From Octopus sinensis (Eukaryota), in contig NC_043006.1 in assembly GCF_006345805.1 (NCBI RefSeq), positions 46,810,001 through 46,874,000 on the forward strand: a stretch of 64,000 bases of DNA, read 5' to 3'. The stretch's first letter is position 1; the number at the start of each line of letters is the position of its first letter. The notes below the pieces were generated by a model. That model was given only the letters and a program-made list of their open reading frames with translations, was not told the DNA's origin and did not search any database. Below, piece after piece: positions 54,750-64,000 of this stretch. Position numbers and translations under genes: made by a program.

Positions 54750-56299
54750 GTTTTAGATATATGTATATATATATCGTCTTAACACTTATAAGGAATTAGT
54801 CCGCTCGGGGCGACAGACGAGTTAGAAGATAGCTGCTCAAGTTGCCACGCATTAGGACTGAAGGCCAATGACGTGCCTGAAAACCAAGTTTGTTATTTCT
54901 TTATTGCCAACAAGGGGCTAAACATAGAGGGGACAAACAAGGACAGACAAACGGATTAAGTCGATTACATCGACCCCAGTGCGTAACTGGTGTTTAATTT
55001 ATTGACCCCGAAAGGATGAAAGGCAAAGTCGACCTCGGCGGAATTTGAACTGAGAACGTAACGGCAGACAAAATACCGCTTAACCACATAGCAATGCCTG
55101 TGCTTATTAATAATTTGTGAGCAACATTTATTATATATCATCTTAAAGAGGATTTCATTTTCCGACATCAGCTTAGGACGTGAGTGTTATAGATAATGTA
55201 TAGATAATTCACGAATTACGCGGATAGGTCTTGTATTTAATTTCATATTTTCGAGCGTAAGACTATTTGCACAACAGAATGCATGAATAAAAATTGCACA
55301 TCGTGTAACAAAATGTTTTGCTAAGCAATTTTTTCCTTTTTGATAAATTTCTGATTCATTCTGTAAGTGTATAAATGTGAACATGTAAAACAATGAAATA
55401 TATCAAACACGAACCAAGATGTCTGCCACAAAAGAAATTGCTCTGTATTATATGAAAATGCTGTTTCTTTAATATTTTATAATTATTAATTCAAGTACTT
55501 TTCAGATCATTTTTTGTTTCTTTATTTCTAATTTATAATTTAGTTATTCCACCATTATTTTTCATAAAACATGTGCACATAATTATGCTTCCAATTTTGT
55601 TTATGCACTTAAAATTTCGATAGAGTAATATTAGAGAAATCTTCATGTAACCAGATTTTTGTTTTCATTTTCATAACCTATCATTTATTTTATGAACTTT
55701 GGAAATATAATGCCTTATTCTATAATGTTCCTATAAAGGGTTTCTTTCTTTGCTTATCATTTTGTGTAACAATGCGCTGAGAATGCACGTATATATTTCT
55801 ATGACAACCTCACCAATATTCTAAATCATAGTTCACCACATTTCCGAAAAGGGTAGCTTGTTTTTTAAAAAAATATTTTGAATATTCAGTTGTTAGTTTA
55901 AGTATAGTTAATGTATATTATATTCGAATGTGAAGATATAAGTTTCACACCTGCGTAGATACCTCCAAATTCATAGTACATAATACCAAAGTCTTGAGTC
56001 ACTTCTTAATCAGTCGAAGACAAATGGTAAACATGTTTATCAACAAGGAAATACAGATGGAGAGATGGAAGGAAAATCTGGAAGAGCATTTAAACCCGAC
56101 CTACTCCAGTCATTCGACTAGATCCATGCACATGTATACATATTAATTCTTTTATTCTTTTACTTGTTCCAGTTATTTGATTGTGGCCATGCTGGAGCAC
56201 CGCCCTTAGTCGAACGAATCGATCAAAGAATTTATACATTTTTTTCTGTAGTTTCAGCTCAGAGCTGCGGCCATGCTGTGTGATTCAAACTTTAGATTG

Positions 56300-58190
56300 T
56301 CTTTATTAGAACCAGTATTTAGAAATCGATGTATATTCCCGTGTGAAGGGAGACCGGAGAAAGTATCATGGTCCATGTACCATTTAGTTAGAATCACTAG
56401 TTTTATAAGTGACAAAATAATTTTAGAAACAAAGGAGAGATTGTTATAAAGTATTAAGGACATCTTAGAATGTCTTCATTCACATGGAATGAATATCAAC
56501 TATACGGTGTAAATTATAATAATTTATTACAGATTGACGAATTTTAAGAGATGCGTCCCTCTCAGTCGTTATTTTCTAATACACTTCCCGATATTTATCA
56601 TCTAGGTAAGAATGAAGGTATATTGTAACCTGCCACCGTTGTAATCCATGTCTGCTACCACTTTCCTGAAGCTGTAGAGAAGGTTGCTCTTATTTTCAAT
56701 GTCTCATTTGAATTAAGGTCATGTCACGTAGGAGTGGTAATAAAGAGGTGTTGTTGAGAAAATTTCATTGATTAAATGTTGCCGTTAGGTTATTGTTCAG
56801 AGGATTTCATTTCGGCATATAGGACTTCGCGAACAGAGGCGTCTGCTTAGGTGTGCCGGCTAAGAGTCATGCAACTGTTTAGTGTTGCAAGCAGGTAGGT
56901 AGAGGAAGTTTTTTGGTCAGTGGATGTGTCATTAATTTCAGTTCTTTTCAGTTTTATTGCTTTTAATCCTTTGCTTTCAAATAGTAAAGGTAAAACTGCA
57001 AACTTTAGTGGAGTATTTAAAAACTTAGTAAATGGATGTATCAGCTTAAGGTTTAATGAACTTTTTTAGGGTTCACAAAAGAATGTAAGTTGTATGTTTT
57101 AGCTGGTCAGCAAGTTTCTTTACCCGTTGATGTTATTTCGAGGATTTCCTCCTCGTATCTGGAAGGTGAAAGCTATTAATGGAGCATGTCATAGTGTTGT
57201 TAGTATAGAAATTTATTTACATTGTGTTAAGTTGTCTGTTTGCGAAATATTCGAATTTTACGTTGCGTTTGTTAGTTTGTACTATTTGGGATTAGGGTGG
57301 AAGGATTTTTTGCAGTATTTTGTAAGATAACAGCTGTTGCAGTGGAAACTTGTATGTTGTAGGGACGATTAAACCAGATGATTTTTCTTCTATTCTTACA
57401 TTTTTCCTTTATCATGGTAGTTTTTTTTTGTTTCTATATTACACTTGTTGTTGAGAGCTTCGTTATATTGAGTTACTATTTCATTTAGTAATATTTAATT
57501 AGAAGATAAAAAAACAATTTTTAGAGATATGTTCTTTACCACATTTTAATTATGCCTTTGGGATGTTGCATTGCCTATGTATATATTGAATTTTTTTTCG
57601 TCATTTTCAAGGGTTTATTGTAACGGGAGTCTCGGTGGAGGGTAGCATCTAGGAAATTGACTGTTGTTAGTCTACTGTAATAAAGAAGTTTATGATTTAA
57701 AGAAGTAATGTAGTTCTTTCCTAAATTTAATAGTTTTTTTTAAAGATTAGCGTTTAGTAGTAAGAGTAGACTGTCGTTCTTATACTGATCACCAGAAATG
57801 GGATGAAATTTCCTAGATTACTAATATGTAAAAACTGACTATATCACTTATCTCTGCTGAGTCATTTCGTCCCATGCTTAGATCATATAATTCTTTAATG
57901 TCTTTTGTTTTAATCCAGAGAGCATTGATTGAAATATTGTTTCTATTTCGGTATTATAATTTGTTTCTATTATCTTATCCAAAATCAATTGAGCCATATT
58001 AAAAGATGTTGTTATTGAGGCGTAATGACCTCTCATGCCAGAATAGAAGACATGTCATTCATTTTTGCCTTGGGATTTTCTTAAATCCATCTATTACTTT
58101 GCAAGTGTTCCCCTAGAGAGGTTACATCAATTTTTGTTTTTAATTTTGGTAAGGATTTCTTAATGCTTCTTTTTTTATTAATGAGGCCTA
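56300..58190 (-). mobile_element. Decayed Penelope-like element, second subfamily
   Basis: Minus-strand motifs LYDLSMGRNDSAEISDIV (57837-57890), YK(D)DSL, VNFLDATL (57638-57661), YIH, RRKIIWFNRPY (57359-57391); degraded GIY-YIG region near 56900-56600. Confidence 0.75.
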
Positions 58191-58195
58191 GGTAT

Positions 58196-58243
<48 letters not shown>

Positions 58244-58561
58244 TTGTGTGCATACATATACCTACGAACACAAACTCACTCATATGTACACACACACACA
58301 CACACACATATGTATATATGTATGTATGTATGAAAGCTTGTTTTTATAAAAAGTTACATATGTAGAAAACAGTCACTGGTAGAAGGATCCCTCAACATAT
58401 TTAAACAGATTATCATATTTATTTTATACCAAGAAGGAAAATGTCTTTGTCACAGTATAATTCAATATTGCTTCTCCAATCTTTACATGTCGTCTTTGGT
58501 TCATCGTTTGTTGTAAAGATTTATTGTTGGAAAATACAATAATGTAACATGAAGTAACTTA

Positions 58562-58607
<46 letters not shown>

Positions 58608-59234
58608 CACGCGCACGCACAGGCTTGAACATAGACTGGCGTGCTCATAAACACACATACAGGCACATGTGAGAAAGTAGATACATTTTGCAAACTGAAC
58701 CTTTGTGATTCGCTGTTTGATTCAGCTTCAACTAGATATCATTCCACTCAACCTGTGGAGGTATTTTCATTCATACTTTATTGCATTTCACGATGTGCAA
58801 TAACAACTACATACACAGGCATATGCACACGACTGCTTGCACACGCGGGCACAGAACGATATTAAATTATAGTAGCATTCCTAATGCAATTTTTTTGAAG
58901 AGTGCTAGAAATAAATGGATCATTATACGATTTGGATTCATATTGTGCAACAGTAAATATAATGAACGAATACGTTTAGAATTACCGGGAATATAGTAAC
59001 ATCACCCGTTGCCTAATTGTATGCATAATATATATTTATTCATGTTTAGTGTCACCATCGATCGCAATATTATTATATCGATGTAAACTATAACAATCAC
59101 ACCGTTACTATGAATGGAATGCATGCATAATTTGATGAGCTATGCCCAAACGAATGTGTGTGTGTAGGGGTGTAAGTGTGCTCCTGTTTGCGTGCTGTGT
59201 TTTCGTCTATCTATCTGTCTGTCTGTCTATCTAC

Positions 59235-59304
<70 letters not shown>

Positions 59305-59377
59305 GTCTGTCTGTCTGTCTGTCTGTCTACTTATCTATCTATCCCATAGATAGATAGATAGATAGATAGATGGATGG

Positions 59378-59530
59378 ATGTGGCTGTGTGGTAAGAAGCT
59401 TGTTTCCCAACAACATTGTTTTGAGTTCAGTCTCAGTGCGTGGCAGCTTGGGCAAGTATGTTTTACTGTATCCTTGGGACTAGTAAATTTTTGTAAGTGG
59501 ATTTCGTAGAGGGGATCTGAAAATCGCCAG

Positions 59531-59574
<44 letters not shown>

Positions 59575-60128
59575 TTCTATAATTATAAGCATAATTATAA
59601 TTAGGGTTCAGCAAAATGTGCTTAACCACATACCGAAATTTAGAAATAGCAGTTAAATACTATAATACTATTCCAATACCATATGATATCTCCCAAACAG
59701 TAATACTCTCAATTCACACAGGTAAAGAGACAAAAATTAAGAATCCACCCAGCTTTGGTTAACTATATAGGGGTTTCTAAGTTAAAGAGATGTAAAAATA
59801 TGTAAAATCATATTTCTACTCACTTACTCCCGTCATCAGTATAGTATTTCAATTTTAAATTTGAGAGCACTGATAATTAACATACGTACGCGACCAAGCG
59901 CGATCGAGCAGCATATATCCGAAAACCAATACATCCGAATTCAAACAGACGAATGAGATCTCGCATTCTCCCTCAATCACCCACGTGTACCACGAATAAT
60001 TCCGCAGAATCTGCAATTTACTATCAGGGAGTGAAGGTGAATTATATTATCAATAATAATAAAAGGTTAAAATTAATAAATTAATTTTACCCTATGATTA
60101 TGTATATATATCTATGTATGTGTGGGTG

Positions 60129-60168
<40 letters not shown>

Positions 60169-60933
60169 CATACGTACACACACACATATATATATATATG
60201 TATGTATTTGTGTGTGTGCGTGTTTGTGTAGACATCATTGTATGTGCGTCTTTGTGCCTTTGTTTGTCTTCCACCGACGCGTATCAAGCGGTGTTGGCAT
60301 ATTTACATCTCCGTTTGCTCGCTACAACAACGACGGATACAGCGCCTTTCGTGGAAGCTTTCGCCCGCTTCTTAGGACCGACTGACCCGTGCTCGACCAC
60401 CGTTGGCACGGAGCCCTTCTCCACTTCGGTGTTCGAAGGTCTCGTTCGAATATTTGTTACTTCCACCGAGATGTGCCCCTGCGGCCGGCTTCACCCGGGC
60501 TCGATCTCGCGGCTTCCATGCACGCCGCGGCGCTCTCCTACTCGACGGGGATTCGGAAAATCGACTCGCCCGCGATCGCGCAAACTGTCGCACGGCCGGT
60601 TCGGCATCGGTCACTCGCTCGCTTCAGCGCCATCCATTTTCGAGGCCGGTCGATTTGGCAGGTAAGTTGTCACCCACTCCTGAGCGGATTCCGACTTCCG
60701 TGGTCACCGTCCTGCTGTCTATATCTACCGACACCCTTTCGGGGATCTAATGGGCGCAGTGTAGTGCACCTTAGCCGGACGTCCGGTAACATAGCATCTC
60801 GGTATAAGACACCGACAGAATAAATACTAGAGTTTTAAAAAGTCCTGCAATCAATTTGGATTTGTTCAACTAAAACCATTCAAGTTGGTGCCGAGGCATG
60901 GGCGCAGTCATATGACTGAAACTAGTAAAAGAT
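59378..60933 (+). mobile_element. SINE family B split by two nested insertions
   Basis: Head 59378-59530; ~500-bp unrelated insert in the TA tract; body 60250-60314; 28S fragment; 3' part 60788-60933. Confidence 0.65.
60315..60787 (-). rRNA. 28S rRNA gene fragment (D7 region), dispersed pseudogene
   Basis: cttaggaccgactgaccc, ttctccacttcgg, cagcgccatccattttc, ctccTGagcggattccgacttcc, caccgtcctgctgtctatat match the reverse complement of conserved 28S core; GC/CpG-rich island. Confidence 0.93.
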
Positions 60934-61662
60934 ACAAAATATGTAAATATGTGTAGATACGCACGTGTAGGTATATATCATCATGTTCGTGTGTGAGTTT
61001 GTAAGTGTTTGTGTGTGTGAGTGTTTGTGTGTGTTTGTGTGTGTGGGGGTTTGTGTGTTTTTGTGTTTGTGTGTGCGTATGTGTATGCGTGTGTGTATGT
61101 GCGTGTATGCACGCACGTATTTGTGTACATATTCAAAGGCATGTGTGATGATCTGAAATGGTGAATGGATTTATATAACAAATGGTGAATACAACTGTAT
61201 TGACAAAATGCGTATATTTTCTATATGTAAATTTATGTTTGGATGAATACTTCTATTCGTTCAGTACCTTTATTGTACATTAGAAAAACATTCCGGCCCC
61301 TGTGTAATATTTTAGTCGTAGCGTTGTAGCACTGAAAATTTTAATAATTTGGTTGTCGCCTCATAAATCATCACGGCGAATTTACTATTCAAAATCTCAG
61401 TTCAATCCAGTGTGAATAAGGTAATTTATTCACACGTGTTACGGCACTCCATGTTTACTCCATGTTTAAACCAGTGAAGACCGACACAAACGATTGACAT
61501 AATATCACAATCTCTCTTTTAATACTGGGATCGATTTTATCGACTTCACTCTTCCCCTACAAATATTTATATCATCATATAATCACTACTCCTAAAACAA
61601 AATATATTATCTATGAATAGTAAACAGAAATACAGAAATCCGCACTTACACAGAGACGCATC

Positions 61663-62220
61663 TGAAGGCGCATGGCTCTATGGTTAGTGCGTCGGGCAGT
61701 CAGGATGTAGTGAGTTCGATTCCCGGAGAGGCTTGCGCATTATTTTCTTCAGCAAAACGCTACATTTCACTTTGCTTCATTTAACTCAAGAGCAAATCAG
61801 TTCCAGTAATAGCTGGGAAGTTAACCTAGCGACGGAGCGCTCTCCACTTCACGAAGGTGAGAATGGTAATCTCAGTCATTTATACGTCATGAAACCGGTT
61901 TTAACCCCGGTCATATATAAAAGCGTTGGGATCACAATAATGAGGTAGTGAGTTCGATCCCCGGACCTTGCTGTGTGTTGTGTTCTTGGGCAAGACACTT
62001 TATTTCAAGTTGCTCCAGTTAACTTACCACTAAAGATGTGCTGCGGGGTCACTAGTACCAAGATGTATTGACCTTGGCCTTTCCCTTGAATAGCATCAGT
62101 GGCATGGAGAGAAGAGGCTGGTATGCAAGGGCGACTGCTGATCTTCATAAACAACCTTGCCTTGGAGGGTAACTTTCTAGGTGCAATGCCATGGTCATTC
62201 ATGACCGAAGGGCGTCTTTA
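61663..62220 (+). mobile_element. SINE family D copies (partial 61663-61830; 61940-62220)
   Basis: Match to 20821-21163. Confidence 0.75.
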
Positions 62221-62884
62221 CAATTGTGTTCATGTTGCAGAATTTCATGTATTTTACCTCTTTTGGAATGTTTCATATTTATTAGAAGGTTTACATTCAG
62301 GTTCAGAATTTAGCATAATTTCATCTCTCGAATTTTCAAAATATTAAGAATTTTCGATAATTTGCCCATATGATTATAGACAGGAATATGGCGGAAGATT
62401 GCGGGAAAGGACAAACAACGAAGAAATTATAATATCTACATGTGTGTATGGAGGGTTTGAAGATCTCAGATGTTTCATATAGATTTTCGACTAAGTGTAT
62501 AAATATGGTCGCTTTTTATAAGGTAAGACAGGCGGCAGCTTAACTTACGAATGATAGTTATTATTTGAGGAACTTGAAAGTAGATTATTTATACTCAAAG
62601 GAATAGTGAAAAATTAAACTCTGACAATATCTCTTGAAATTAAATGTTTATATAATACAAGTCCTCGACTAATTAACTACATAACAAAACATATAATTTA
62701 TCATCGTAATGCTCACCAAAACTAGGAATTTAATCGTTGTGTTTGGAAAAATTGTTAACCTGGAATTGTATATGCATTTATTTGTTATATCGTTCCAATT
62801 CAAGCTGTTAATGTTATACAAAATTGGTACGCAGACCGTATATATATGTATGCGTGTGTTTGTGTATGTATGTGTATATGTTTG

Positions 62885-63075
62885 TAGGTTGTGTGCTTGT
62901 TCCCCAACATCGCTTGATAACCGATGCTGGTGTGTTTACGTCCCTGTAACTTAGCGGTTCGGCAAAAGAAACCGATAGAATAAGTACTAGGCTTACAAAG
63001 AATAAGTCCTAGGTTCGATTTGCTCGACTACAGGCGGTGCTCACGCATGGCCACAATCAAACGACTGAAACAAGA
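62885..63075 (+). mobile_element. SINE family B 3' half
   Basis: ccccaacatcgcttgataacc..gactgaaacaag. Confidence 0.8.
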
Positions 63076-63794
63076 GTATATATATATGTATATAGTTGAA
63101 AACTTTAGAAAAACAAAAGACGGAGACACTTATATGAACAAGTTAGTGCATTAGTTTGATGCTCGGGTAAAAAAAGGCATTTACATTTCTAGCTTACCCT
63201 CTTCGACAGAAGGAAATAAGAGAAAATAAAGAGAGAGAGAGACCATGAAAAAAGCTTGTAGAATTCATGTATGTGTGCGTGTGTTTGTGAGCGTTTGTGT
63301 GTGTGTGTGGGGGGCCGTAATCAGTGAGTCAATCAATTATAACGTTTACACGTATTCCTGTATTTGTATGTATGCGTAGCGATCGTTAAAATGAATACAC
63401 ATTTTTAAATCTTTGAAGATGTATCCTGATTTTTGCAAATGTACATGTAGGAAGAAAATATAACTCACTACAGTCCCGTCTGCACTGTGCACACGCTAAC
63501 TGCCTGCTATTTGGAAAAATTTGCACGTACACTGGGAGGGGACCATGTCTGTCATTGTGCGATATCATCAAACAATGACCGCCTAGATTGGTTGCATTGC
63601 TCATCTTCATTTCAAATGCCCGACGATTCTCAACTAACATTGTAGAAGAACGTTAAACTTCAAGGTATTTGTTTTATGAAAATAGTGCATCTGTACCGAA
63701 ATGCAAGACAATTGAGAAAGAGAATGCAGACAAGAATATTAAATGTAACGTTAGAATTAAGAGGAGCAAAGAGTAGATATGAATGTATAGGCAC

Positions 63795-63960
63795 AAGAGT
63801 GGCTGAGTGGTAAGTATCTTGCTAACCAACCACATGGTTCCGGGTTCAGTCCCATTGCGTGGCATTTTGGGCAAGTGTCTTCTTCTATAGCCTCGGGCCG
63901 ACCAAAGCCTTTTGAGTGGATTTGGTAGACGGAAACTGAAAGAAGCCCGTCGTATATATG

Positions 63961-63993
<33 letters not shown>

Positions 63994-64000
63994 ATGTGTG
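63795..64000 (+). mobile_element. SINE family B 5' half, running off the window
   Basis: Head, CORE-like domain, start of the internal TA/TG tract. Confidence 0.85.

Noticed and set aside
54156-55082. Regularly recurring repeats resembling a CRISPR or other array
   Set aside because: Units are ~170-210-bp SINE monomers without unique spacers; eukaryotic context, no cas genes
60114-60823. GC-rich overlapping ORFs of 115-183 aa
   Set aside because: Read-through of the 28S rDNA fragment

Overview
Non-coding, very AT-rich eukaryotic DNA. The SINE families and long TA/TACA/TATC arrays point to an Octopus genome (from recall, no database search). There is one 100-N gap (10714-10813). I find no intact host gene; nearly all track ORFs are microsatellite or SINE read-through. 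Recognisable content: about 30 tRNA-derived SINE copies of 4-5 families, several multimeric; the 5' part of a CR1-like LINE whose ORF1 appears to combine a Myb/SANT-like domain with two CCCH fingers; three mariner remnants plus a mariner MITE; two decayed Penelope-like elements; an RTE 3' fragment; a probable non-autonomous Helitron; a foldback element with a TTAGGG-rich loop; a decayed Polinton-like coding remnant; an intronless frameshifted ALG6 pseudogene; and a 28S rDNA fragment inside a SINE. All family assignments come from hand translation and remembered motifs and need HMM/BLAST confirmation.
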